64,000 nucleotides of DNA, taken from contig JAFWYB010000032.1 in the NCBI GenBank assembly GCA_017517865.1, forward strand, positions 6,915 to 70,914, written 5' to 3'. The notes under the pieces are model-generated. The model was not told where the DNA came from, ran no database searches, and saw nothing but the letters and a program-made list of their open reading frames with translations. This document shows positions 17,707 to 26,256 of this stretch, piece after piece. A program made the translations under genes and the position numbers. The DNA comes from Clostridia bacterium (GTDB taxonomy: Bacteria; Bacillota; Clostridia; Oscillospirales; Acutalibacteraceae). Every line of letters begins with the position of its first letter. Within the stretch, counting starts at the first letter, position 1.

Positions 17707-19284
17707 TTATTTCATCAGCTTTCCGTATTTTATCTGATTAACAACAAATCCGATTCCGAGCCAGAGAAGTATAATCGGCAGGAAGATGAGCACAAGGAGC
17801 ACGAGAAGAATAACTACTCCGAGACCTTTATTGCTCTTTACGAAGCCCGCCTTGCCGTCTAAGGGCTCGGGGATATTGTCGTAAAGATTCAGTACTGCCT
17901 TTTCATCGCAGATGCCCGGGTTATAAAGCAGAGGCTCAACAAGGCTCTGTACAGACTCAGCACCCTTTACGAGCTTGCCGATTTTAACACCGAAAAGCTT
18001 TAAGAGACTGTCGATGACAGCAAGCACACCCATTGTGATTTTGTATTCTGCCGTATCGGGTGAGTATGGGCTGTCGCCACCGTAAAGGTTACGCACAAGT
18101 GAAACGATGAAGTCGACTACCTTCCGGTCCTTTACGTGAGCGTAATCCTTCTTTTTAAGGCCGCTTTCTTTCTTTACAAGCTTCGCTATTGTGCCTATTT
18201 TAAGCTTACCTAAGATTTTTGCAAAGGGCTTGATAAGCCAGCCGATTTTGTAAATCAGCTTTTCTTTTACGCTGAAGGCAGTAGCAAGCCTTGCAAGCTC
18301 GGGAATATCCTTGCCGGCCGCATCAATTACACGGCGGATCATACCGAAGAATTTATCCTCGAGGTGATCCTTGAGGGGTCTGCCGTCAATGTCGTACTGT
18401 ACGTCTGCACTTTTTACGTCAACCTTACCCTCGGCGGGGTAGAAGGTTACCTGACGGAAGGTTGCGGGGTAACCGATTGCCGCGGCAGTTGTGATATCGT
18501 AGAAAACCTTGCCCTCATCGGTGATTCTGTATGAAATATCCTGCATATGGGTATGGCCGGTGAAAATATAATTGACACCAAGCTCAGTGAACTGATCAAT
18601 TCTGAGAAGGGGATCCTTCATAATGTTTCCTCCGCCTATGATTGTATAGAAGGGGGAGGGGGAGAGCATAGGATGATGAGTCATAGGTATAATAAACTGA
18701 CCCTTTTCATTGGCATCCTTTATCTGCTCGCTTATCCATTCAAAGCACTCGTCGGAAAAGCCGCTGCCGTTTTTGCGGTTGCTGTCGTCGTTGAGAGCAA
18801 AAAGGCGGTAGCCGTCGCAAAGCTGCACAACGTAAGACATACTTTCCCTATGTACTGCAATAGCCTCATCGGGGCCGAATTCACGGTACATATCATAAAG
18901 CTCGTCACGCTTCACGGCAGGTACCTGCACAGCCTCGTCACCCTCGAATTTTCTTGTAACGTCACCGTCGTGATAGTCGTGAGTTGCGGTGATAACGTAA
19001 ACCTTTTTGCCTCTTTCCTTTATTGAGCGAAGAAGTCTGACTGCGCCCTCGTGAGCTTCTCTTTCGGCCTTTGTGGTGATATCGCCCGATACGAGTACGA
19101 TATCGCTGTCATCCTTTACAAGCTGATCTGCAAGGGAGTAGAGAATCTCCTCACATCTTACAAGGTCGTTGGGAGTTTTTGCGTTTTCCTTTTCAAAGGC
19201 CTTGCCGCTTATACCGGTTTCCTTTGAGTAGTAGTGAATATCCGAAATAATATTCACCTTTAAGGGCTTGATGTTTTCGTACAT
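17707..19284 (-). CDS. calcineurin-like metallophosphoesterase with long C-terminal extension and C-terminal TM anchor
   Basis: ATG 19284 (MYENIKPLKV) behind an AAGGAGAA RBS. Motifs ISDIHY, VSGDITT, THDY, GHTH. C-terminal hydrophobic GLGVVILLVLLVLIFLPIILLWLGIGFVV. Confidence 0.8.
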   Translation of the reverse strand: MYENIKPLKVNIISDIHYYSKETGISGKAFEKENAKTPNDLVRCEEILYSLADQLVKDDSDIVLVSGDITTKAEREAHEGAVRLLRSIKERGKKVYVITATHDYHDGDVTRKFEGDEAVQVPAVKRDELYDMYREFGPDEAIAVHRESMSYVVQLCDGYRLFALNDDSNRKNGSGFSDECFEWISEQIKDANEKGQFIIPMTHHPMLSPSPFYTIIGGGNIMKDPLLRIDQFTELGVNYIFTGHTHMQDISYRITDEGKVFYDITTAAAIGYPATFRQVTFYPAEGKVDVKSADVQYDIDGRPLKDHLEDKFFGMIRRVIDAAGKDIPELARLATAFSVKEKLIYKIGWLIKPFAKILGKLKIGTIAKLVKKESGLKKKDYAHVKDRKVVDFIVSLVRNLYGGDSPYSPDTAEYKITMGVLAVIDSLLKLFGVKIGKLVKGAESVQSLVEPLLYNPGICDEKAVLNLYDNIPEPLDGKAGFVKSNKGLGVVILLVLLVLIFLPIILLWLGIGFVVNQIKYGKLMK

Positions 19285-19315
19285 AGATTTATTCTCCTTG
19301 GTTTTGTGTTTTATA

Positions 19316-20761
19316 TCAGGGCGTTTCAACAACTCCTACAAATAAAGGCATTCCTGAATAGCCCGTTATTACAAATATAAAGGGTCTGTCGAGGGTAAAG
19401 TCAATCTCCTCATCTTTCGGCGGCCCTGAACCGGCATTGAGCATAAGTTCTGTGTATGATGCCGCCACACAGCCTGTTTCGTCAATTTTTACTCTTGAAT
19501 TCTGATTTGCACGGCTGAGGTAAATTTCACTGTTGTCACTGCTCAATATTGAGAAATCTGCTTTTTCCATATCAAAAACGTCGGTAATACCGAGTGCTTT
19601 AATATGTTCAGAGAGTTCCGCTTCCGAGCTTACGTCAAATTTGGGCACGGAAAAATTGATTTTTGTATATTTTCCGTTTTCATATTCGTAAGGCTCGGAG
19701 ATGATTGCGAACATTTCTTCATTGTTCAAGACTTCATCAACGCTTACGTTTTCATCGGGCAGGAAAAACCACATTGATCCGCTTTCTGAAAAGTATAATC
19801 TTGCTGCAGAGAAATTATCCGCCCAATAGTATCTGTCCTGACAGGTTTTATTCATAAACTCGTGTTCAATATCATCCTGCTGAGCGTGAAACACTTCGGT
19901 TGTGTTACTTTCCTCTGAAAAGGGCGATGACCACTGTGCTTCAAAATATACGGTTGTGAAAAGCCCTATCACCGTTTCGGGGTCAAATGCCGATGTATCG
20001 GCATAATCGGTAAGAAGATTGCCTGTGTTGTTATTCAGCCAATCTCTCAGAACCTTATTATATTCATCACTGCCCATTTCACCCGAAAAGGATGATGAAT
20101 AATAATTGTCTGCGAGGCTTTTCAGCGTATCCTCGTTGTATGGAAGGTCGTTATCAAGCCACATTGACGATGCGAGAAGGCTTTTTGAAAGACCGTCATC
20201 ACAGAAATTAAGGTTCCATACTGCGTGAGCCTGAGTTCTGAGCTCTTCAATACTGTTGTAGCCTAAAAGCTCAAGAATCTGCTTTCTTGAGTTGCCGTCT
20301 GTGGTCTCTGCAAGCATACCGAGAGCCAGATAGAGACTGACGGGGGAGTAAACACGGTTTTTGGCTTCTTTGCCGCTGAGTATCTGTACTGTTGATTTTT
20401 GGAAAAAGCCGTCAAGACCATCGCTGTAGCCTTCATACTGACCGTAATACTCACGTCGGCTTTCATAATAATCCGATTCTCCGAACTTAGCCGTTTCAGG
20501 GTATTCGGGAACGGCGATAGCCATAGGCGATACATATAAGGTTAAGGGAGACTTTGGGTTATATTGAGGATATATGCTTCCCGACGGATCGTATGATATA
20601 ATGCGTGCAAATACATTCAATACCAGAATTATTGCCAATACCGCCGCAACTGTTTTTAATACTATTACCTTTTTGCTTTTCTTTTTCACTGAAGGTATTG
20701 ATTTTTCAACAAAGCCTTCGTCAACAAATCCTATTGCGTTTAAAATATCGTTACTTTTCAT
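19316..20761 (-). CDS. membrane-anchored serpin (serine protease inhibitor fold) with anti-sigma-like N-terminal tail
   Basis: 481 aa. N-terminal MKSNDILNAIGFVDEGFVEKS, Lys patch, one TM (TVAAVLAIILVLNVF). Serpin motifs SPVSLYLALGMLAETTDGNSRKQILELLG, hinge DETGCVAASYT (nt 19451-19483), C-terminal LDRPFIFVI...PLFVGVVETP. The start overlaps the sigma gene stop. Confidence 0.8.
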   Translation of the reverse strand: MKSNDILNAIGFVDEGFVEKSIPSVKKKSKKVIVLKTVAAVLAIILVLNVFARIISYDPSGSIYPQYNPKSPLTLYVSPMAIAVPEYPETAKFGESDYYESRREYYGQYEGYSDGLDGFFQKSTVQILSGKEAKNRVYSPVSLYLALGMLAETTDGNSRKQILELLGYNSIEELRTQAHAVWNLNFCDDGLSKSLLASSMWLDNDLPYNEDTLKSLADNYYSSSFSGEMGSDEYNKVLRDWLNNNTGNLLTDYADTSAFDPETVIGLFTTVYFEAQWSSPFSEESNTTEVFHAQQDDIEHEFMNKTCQDRYYWADNFSAARLYFSESGSMWFFLPDENVSVDEVLNNEEMFAIISEPYEYENGKYTKINFSVPKFDVSSEAELSEHIKALGITDVFDMEKADFSILSSDNSEIYLSRANQNSRVKIDETGCVAASYTELMLNAGSGPPKDEEIDFTLDRPFIFVITGYSGMPLFVGVVETP

Positions 20762-21318
20762 ACCTCGACGCCCTCCTTGGCTAAATAATCTTTCAGAGTT
20801 TCACGAAGTCTTAAAAGTATCATTTTAACATTGCTCTGGCTGAGCTTGTGCTGAGCGGCAATCTCCTTTATCGGGCAAAGATACCAATATCTCTGCATAA
20901 ATATTGTCGCTTTTTCTTCTTCAAGAGAGTAAAGAAAACCGTTGATGATTTCTGCAAGCTCAAGTGCTTCGATACTTGCTCCATTCTTCATACTGTCGGG
21001 GATACAGTATGAAAGCTCATCCAGAACAAGCTCCTTTTCACCGCCGCCTCTCTTTCTTGCTCTGCGCTTTTCATATCTGTTGAGTGAAAGATTGCGCACT
21101 ATCCTTGCAAGATAGGCAAAGAGACATTTCGGTATTATCGGTGGGATAGAGTTCCAAAGTTTGAGATAGCTGTCGAGCACACATTCCTCACTGTCCTCAC
21201 GGCTTCTGAGAATCCGATAGGCTATACCGTGGCAGGCGGTACCGTATTTAATCTCAGTTTCTGTTATGGCAGCTTCATTTTTTGCCAAATACAGCTCGAT
21301 TATCTGACTGTCATCCAT
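20758..21318 (-). CDS. sigma-70 family (ECF-like) RNA polymerase sigma factor
   Basis: ATG 21318 is 9 nt after GGAG; the TTG at 21327 has no spacing to the RBS. Region 2-like GIAYRILRSREDSEECVLDSYLKLW. Region 4 HTH IKEIAAQHKLSQSNVKMILLRLRETL. Confidence 0.8.
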   Translation of the reverse strand: MDDSQIIELYLAKNEAAITETEIKYGTACHGIAYRILRSREDSEECVLDSYLKLWNSIPPIIPKCLFAYLARIVRNLSLNRYEKRRARKRGGGEKELVLDELSYCIPDSMKNGASIEALELAEIINGFLYSLEEEKATIFMQRYWYLCPIKEIAAQHKLSQSNVKMILLRLRETLKDYLAKEGVEV

Positions 21319-21394
21319 ATTTATCAACTCCTTTTCTGCCTTTTAAGACTTCACCTATAAAGACAGAAAAAATGTATGGCAGGTTACATTTTCG

Positions 21395-24154
21395 TTATTT
21401 TTTTCTTATGACTATTTTATGTGTGCTTTTGTTTTCTGCGGTGATTTCCACCGTCACAGCGCCTTTATCATATTCAGCCTTGATTTCCTCACCGTCAAGA
21501 GTGCAGATATAGTCCTCGCCCTCCTTCATAACGGCAATAAGGGTGAATTTATCATTTTCGCCGTAGTATGTGAAGCAGATTTCGGCCTCGCTCTTATTCT
21601 CGTTGAAGCCTACCTTTTCAAGGTAGGTGTCAAAGCCCACGTTTACGGTGCCGGGAGCATAATAAGCCTTCAGCCACATAATAAGGGGAGTTGAAAGACC
21701 GCCGAAGTTGTGGAACCAGCCGCCGAGACCTGTTACGGTGTTGACCATTTCAAAGGTGTAGTAGGTGCTTTCAACCTCGCGCTTCCAGATGTTGAGTGCA
21801 AGGTGGGCGATATCCTTGGCAATATCGGCTCTGCCGCAGTCGAGCATACTCTTCCATATAAACCACTGGTGGGGGAACCATATGTTTCCGTTCCAATAGC
21901 CGTTTACCATATAGTATGAAGCACTCTTGTCAACGGCGCTGATGCCGAAGGGTGTGTGCATTTCGTTTTCATTTGTAATATGGCTGATGATTTTTGCCTT
22001 CTGGTTTTCATCGCATACTCCTGCGATGATGGGATAGATACCGTCAAGACCCTTGTTGAGGTTTTCGCCGTCCTTTGTGACGAACTTTTCCTTGGGCTCA
22101 CCGTTTTCGTCGTGAAGCACATAGCTGTAATATCCGCTTTCCTCGTCCCAGGAATATTTGTTGAGGGCGGCTGTGAGCCTTTCGCAGTCGGCCTTGTATT
22201 CCTCGATGTCTGCAGTTTTGCCGAGCTTGTCTGCCATAATTGAAAGCAGCTTGCCGAAGCGTATAACCTGGCCTGTTGTAATAACGGGTGATGCTTTGTC
22301 ACGAAGGTTACCCTTCATCATAGCCACCTGAGCCGGGTAGTCGTCCATGCCGCTTGTGGAATAGAAATAGTCATAGGTGGTAAGAATACCCGACCTGAAG
22401 CGTGCAGTGGTTGAATTTCTTATTTTACCCGCAAGATAGAGATAATAAAGCCTTGCTCTCGGGTAATATGTGAGCAGATGCTCCTTGCTTTCAGATTTCT
22501 GCATCATTTCATAAAGCTGATAAATCTGTACGGGTACGGGTGAGCCGTGGTGCAGGAAGGCGTAATCCTTGTTATCCTCTTCGCTCAGATAGGTGTCAAT
22601 TATATACTCTGCAAACTTAGGAGCAATTTCGTTCATACCGAGACCTATGAAGCCTGAATCCCAGGTATAAAGGCAGTCCCAACGCTTGCCCGGTGTGTGG
22701 TGGATGATATATTCACCGTGCTTGTATATGGGGTAAACCGCATTCGTCATCAGAGCGGCGGCAAGAAGCTGATTTGAAAGCTTATATTTTTCACCCGAGG
22801 TATTAACTTTAAGGTCAATGGCTCCTGCTTTTGCCTTATAGTATATGCTTTCGTATTCTTCCTGTGTTTTATACTGTACTTTGCCCTTGGAAATGACGGC
22901 ATACTGAATTCTTTTTTCGCCTGCGGGTACAAAGATAGTGTGACTAATGGCGTTGTGGAAGAAGCCCTCGTCACTGTGCTTGCGGTTGAATGCCCCCGTA
23001 AAGCTTTCGGTAAGGTCATCGAAGGTTTCGTCTGCATTTGAGAGTCTTGCGGTCATGCAGTCCTCAAGGGCACCGGTTTCAATTTCACGGAAGCGTGTGT
23101 TGCCGTCAAACACTCTGAGTCTGTATTCACCCTCGATGTTTTTATATTTAAGAGCAGTGATATAACCGCTGTCTGTTTTTTCGTTGCTGAATTCGGGCAC
23201 GAACTCAGCTTTTTTCATTTCAACACGTACCTGCTCTCTGTCTGAAGCCTCGGTAACGGCAAGAAAGTCAAACTCGGCGGCACCCGTGCCGAGCGAAACA
23301 AAGCTCAGCTTAAGCTCTTTTTCGGTGAGCTTTCCGAGATGAATGTATATGATTCTCGGCTCGTCGGAGGGGATAAGCTCAACGGTTGTTTTGCCGTTAA
23401 GCTTAAAGGTTGCGTTGTTTTTGCTGTTTATGTAATGTACACCTACCTGCTTGCCCTGCTCATAGAAAATATCGCTTGTGCGGTATCTGAGAGCGAGGAC
23501 TGCATTATCATAGGCATTGTTAAGCTTTAGGGTGTAGCTTACCTCATCACCATTTTCGCCGCCGAAGGGCTTGAGCACCTTATAGGGCATATGCCATTTG
23601 CCTGCTCTGTCGCCCAGACCCTTCTGACCGACAAAGGTCTTGTCTATGAATTCACCCTTTTTATAGCCGTCCTGGCTCTGCTGATCCCAGGGGCGGGTGA
23701 TTGCATAGTTATATGTATCGTAACTGAGCGCGTCAATATAGTCACACTTTTCGGGAAGACTCAGCACAGCGTAGCTGTCGCAGGGAAATTCAAGAGACGA
23801 GAAATAATTTACAACGCAGTCCTTTATAATATCTGTGTTATTTACAAATTCAGTTCTTACAAGGTAGCTTTCACCGTCAAGTCTTGTGTAAGAAACATCG
23901 GCGTACACTCTGTCCTTCCACTCAAGGTCGTGTCTGAAGCTGTAAAAGCTGTAGTCCTCATCGCAAAGCCAAGGGTGATAAGCCGAGGGGAGGGTAACGT
24001 TAGGCACTCTGATATCATAAGCGTGAATTGCGGGGGCTACGGAAAAATCGAAGCGTACACCGTCAAGCTCGGCGTGGCTTTCTATCCTTGAAAGACCTGC
24101 ATATTTTTTTCCAAAGGGTCCCCAACCGTTAAAAAGACCGAATCTGTCTGTCAT
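21395..24154 (-). CDS. large cytoplasmic (alpha/alpha)6-barrel glycoside hydrolase-like protein (GH63/MGH1/GDE-like), specificity unknown
   Basis: ATG 24154 is 6 nt after GAGGTG. No signal peptide. The C-terminal half has six-hairpin glycosidase-like motifs WDCLYTWDSGFIGLG and GYWNGNIWFPHQWFIWKSML. The N-terminal half is unassigned. Confidence 0.55.
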   Translation of the reverse strand: MTDRFGLFNGWGPFGKKYAGLSRIESHAELDGVRFDFSVAPAIHAYDIRVPNVTLPSAYHPWLCDEDYSFYSFRHDLEWKDRVYADVSYTRLDGESYLVRTEFVNNTDIIKDCVVNYFSSLEFPCDSYAVLSLPEKCDYIDALSYDTYNYAITRPWDQQSQDGYKKGEFIDKTFVGQKGLGDRAGKWHMPYKVLKPFGGENGDEVSYTLKLNNAYDNAVLALRYRTSDIFYEQGKQVGVHYINSKNNATFKLNGKTTVELIPSDEPRIIYIHLGKLTEKELKLSFVSLGTGAAEFDFLAVTEASDREQVRVEMKKAEFVPEFSNEKTDSGYITALKYKNIEGEYRLRVFDGNTRFREIETGALEDCMTARLSNADETFDDLTESFTGAFNRKHSDEGFFHNAISHTIFVPAGEKRIQYAVISKGKVQYKTQEEYESIYYKAKAGAIDLKVNTSGEKYKLSNQLLAAALMTNAVYPIYKHGEYIIHHTPGKRWDCLYTWDSGFIGLGMNEIAPKFAEYIIDTYLSEEDNKDYAFLHHGSPVPVQIYQLYEMMQKSESKEHLLTYYPRARLYYLYLAGKIRNSTTARFRSGILTTYDYFYSTSGMDDYPAQVAMMKGNLRDKASPVITTGQVIRFGKLLSIMADKLGKTADIEEYKADCERLTAALNKYSWDEESGYYSYVLHDENGEPKEKFVTKDGENLNKGLDGIYPIIAGVCDENQKAKIISHITNENEMHTPFGISAVDKSASYYMVNGYWNGNIWFPHQWFIWKSMLDCGRADIAKDIAHLALNIWKREVESTYYTFEMVNTVTGLGGWFHNFGGLSTPLIMWLKAYYAPGTVNVGFDTYLEKVGFNENKSEAEICFTYYGENDKFTLIAVMKEGEDYICTLDGEEIKAEYDKGAVTVEITAENKSTHKIVIRKK

Positions 24155-24361
24155 ATATTTCACCTCAAAATGATTGTATACACATATTTTGATTATACAA
24201 TATATATTGCTTTAAAGTCAAGAAAACCGAAAATCTTGTTTTATACTGTCATTTTGCACAATAAACATTGCAGCTTTTTTAACTTTGCGACCGCTTTGGG
24301 AATTTTTGTTTGTAAACTTGTGAATAAAAATAAAAAAATTTGTAATTATTGAGAAAATATC

Positions 24362-24390
24362 TTGATTTTTCCATAAGGCGGTGATATAAT
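24362..24390 (+). promoter_or_regulatory. sigma-A type promoter (TTGATT-17-TATAAT)
   Basis: TTGATT 24362-24367, 17-nt spacer, TATAAT 24385-24390, upstream of ORF 24443. Confidence 0.5.
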
Positions 24391-24442
24391 CGACTCAAGA
24401 AAATATACGAAATGTATATAAAATTTTCAGGAGGTAATCTTT

Positions 24443-25039
24443 ATGAAAAAAATATTATCAGTTATTTTAGCAGTTATGATGCTCTTCGGTGCTGTTTCAG
24501 TAAGCGCATCAGCAAGCAAGTTCAACGACAACTATCATCAGAACGGCTGGGCAAATGACGATCAGGCTGTACTTATCTTTGATTCATTAAACGGCGGCAC
24601 ATTTATGAACGCAGTTTATGAGCGTGACGAAAACGGCGTTTGGGTTACAACAAGCGGTAAAACAGGTGTGTATGTAATGCTTCCTCAGACTGATGAAGCT
24701 CACACAGCAGGCTCAGTTATTATTCTTCCCGACGTTATGCCTAACTCAGGTTCAGCTTTCAAGGGCTGGCATTACACTGATGCAGCAGGCAACAGCGTAA
24801 CACTTGGCGGCGGCAGCACATTCACAATTCCCTCAACAGCTTTCACAGGTAATCAGTACGGCGTTATCAATTTCACAGCTGTATACGGCCCCGCAGCTCC
24901 CGAAGAAGACACAATGGCAACCGTTCTCAATGTTCTTATCAAGGTGTTCGGTGCAATCATCGGAATCCTCTTCTACGGCGGTAACACCGAAGCAGGTGTT
25001 GCAATGATGGAAAAGGTTCTCGGCGGTCTTGATTTATAA
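24443..25039 (+). CDS. small secreted/anchored protein with InlB B-repeat (Listeria-Bacteroides repeat)-like module
   Basis: Signal peptide MKKILSVILAVMMLFGAVSVSASA. FKGWHYTDAAGNSV...INFTAVY resembles the Flg_new repeat. C-terminal hydrophobic VLNVLIKVFGAIIGILFY. Confidence 0.55.
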   Translation: MKKILSVILAVMMLFGAVSVSASASKFNDNYHQNGWANDDQAVLIFDSLNGGTFMNAVYERDENGVWVTTSGKTGVYVMLPQTDEAHTAGSVIILPDVMPNSGSAFKGWHYTDAAGNSVTLGGGSTFTIPSTAFTGNQYGVINFTAVYGPAAPEEDTMATVLNVLIKVFGAIIGILFYGGNTEAGVAMMEKVLGGLDL

Positions 25040-25055
25040 TCCCCGATAAAAATTA

Positions 25056-25085
25056 AAAGCTCCCCAAGAGGGAGCTTTTTCTTGC
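25056..25085 (+). terminator. rho-independent terminator
   Basis: Stem AAAGCTCCC/GGGAGCTTT (25056-25064/25070-25078) followed by a T-rich run. Confidence 0.8.
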
Positions 25086-25117
25086 TTTTTTAAACTGACT
25101 GTGGTAGTATTAACGGG

Positions 25118-25395
25118 TTAGGGTGACGAGTATAATCCGAACCCGCCCAAAAGCGTGTATTTTCGCGGCTTTTCGGCATTTCGGTTTTGAAAGGCGTCAG
25201 CCTGTCGGCACCCTCAAAATCCAAAAATCCTGCAAAAATTCGCACTTTTGGGTCTGCGATTTTTTGTGGAGCGGATTTTTGGCAAGACAAGACACAAAAC
25301 GCAGTAAATCCTATCGGATTTACGAGTATTTTAACGAAGTATTGGCGGAAATCCGCCCGTAAAAAACGGGGTTCGGATTATGCTCGCCACCCTAA
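25118..25395. repeat. MITE-like non-coding element bounded by 27-nt terminal inverted repeats
   Basis: TTAGGGTGACGAGTATAATCCGAACCC (25118-25144) vs the reverse complement of GGGTTCGGATTATGCTCGCCACCCTAA (25369-25395): 25/27 match. The interior has no credible ORF and several small hairpins (GGCGGAAATCCGCC, CCCGTAAAAAACGGG). Confidence 0.55.
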
Positions 25396-25412
25396 AGCAA
25401 AGGAGGGCTGTT

Positions 25413-26147
25413 ATGAGCCTTGAAACAAGAATTGAGCCTTTAGGCAACGGAATGCAGATATGTGTAAGTGACAGCCACACCTTCGGCACCGATGCGATTC
25501 TTCTTGCAAATTTTGCAGCAATAAAAAGAAAAGACAAGGCCTGTGATATGGGTACGGGCTGCGGCATTATACCGCTTATATGGTGCAAGGGACAGACTAA
25601 CAGCATAACCGCCGTTGATATTCAGCCGGCCGCAATAAATCAGCTTAACGAATCTATAGCTCTTAACTCTCTTGAGGGCAGAATAGTTCCCGTTATTTGC
25701 GATCTTCGTTTTCTGAAGGACGTGCTCCCGTTCGGAAGCTACGACCTTGTAACAATGAACCCCCCATATAAGCCTGTCGGTACGGGTATAGAAAGCCTTT
25801 CCGAGGCAGAAAAAATTGCCCGCCACGAGGTAATGTGTACCATTGACGATGCAGTGTCAGCGGCGGCAAAGCTGCTTAAATTCGGTGGCCGCTTCTGTAT
25901 GTGCCACCGTCCCGAAAGGCTTTGTGATATTATTGTGTCAATGCGGCAGGGCGGTATTGAGGTAAAGCGTATACGCTTCGTCACACAAAAGGCAGATACT
26001 GCACCCTGGCTTGTGCTTGTTGAAGGCAAGCGCGGCTCAAAAAGCAGTGTTACCGTTGAAAAAAACCTTGTTATGTTCGGCGCGGACAGCAAGCCCACCG
26101 AAGAATTCAGATCAATGTTCGGCGACTATATGGACGGTCATCAGTAA
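25413..26147 (+). CDS. tRNA (adenine37-N6)-methyltransferase-like SAM methyltransferase (TrmN6/YfiC family)
   Basis: ATG 25413 behind an AGGAGG RBS. SAM motif DMGTGCGIIPL and catalytic NPPY (VTMNPPYK). Confidence 0.75.
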   Translation: MSLETRIEPLGNGMQICVSDSHTFGTDAILLANFAAIKRKDKACDMGTGCGIIPLIWCKGQTNSITAVDIQPAAINQLNESIALNSLEGRIVPVICDLRFLKDVLPFGSYDLVTMNPPYKPVGTGIESLSEAEKIARHEVMCTIDDAVSAAAKLLKFGGRFCMCHRPERLCDIIVSMRQGGIEVKRIRFVTQKADTAPWLVLVEGKRGSKSSVTVEKNLVMFGADSKPTEEFRSMFGDYMDGHQ

Positions 26148-26256
26148 ATTATGGGCTTGAAGCCGCATTTCTCCGCTGCTGATAAAACGGAGAATCGAGG
26201 CTGACGGAAAGTTTATTGAAAAGCTCACTAAATCACGACCCATCAAGGAGGCATAT

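Noticed and set aside
25090-25606. Small ORFs (60-91 aa, both strands) covering the MITE-like element.
   Set aside because: They have no RBS, overlap each other in several frames, and give repeat-derived peptide composition. The region is better explained as a non-coding inverted-repeat element.
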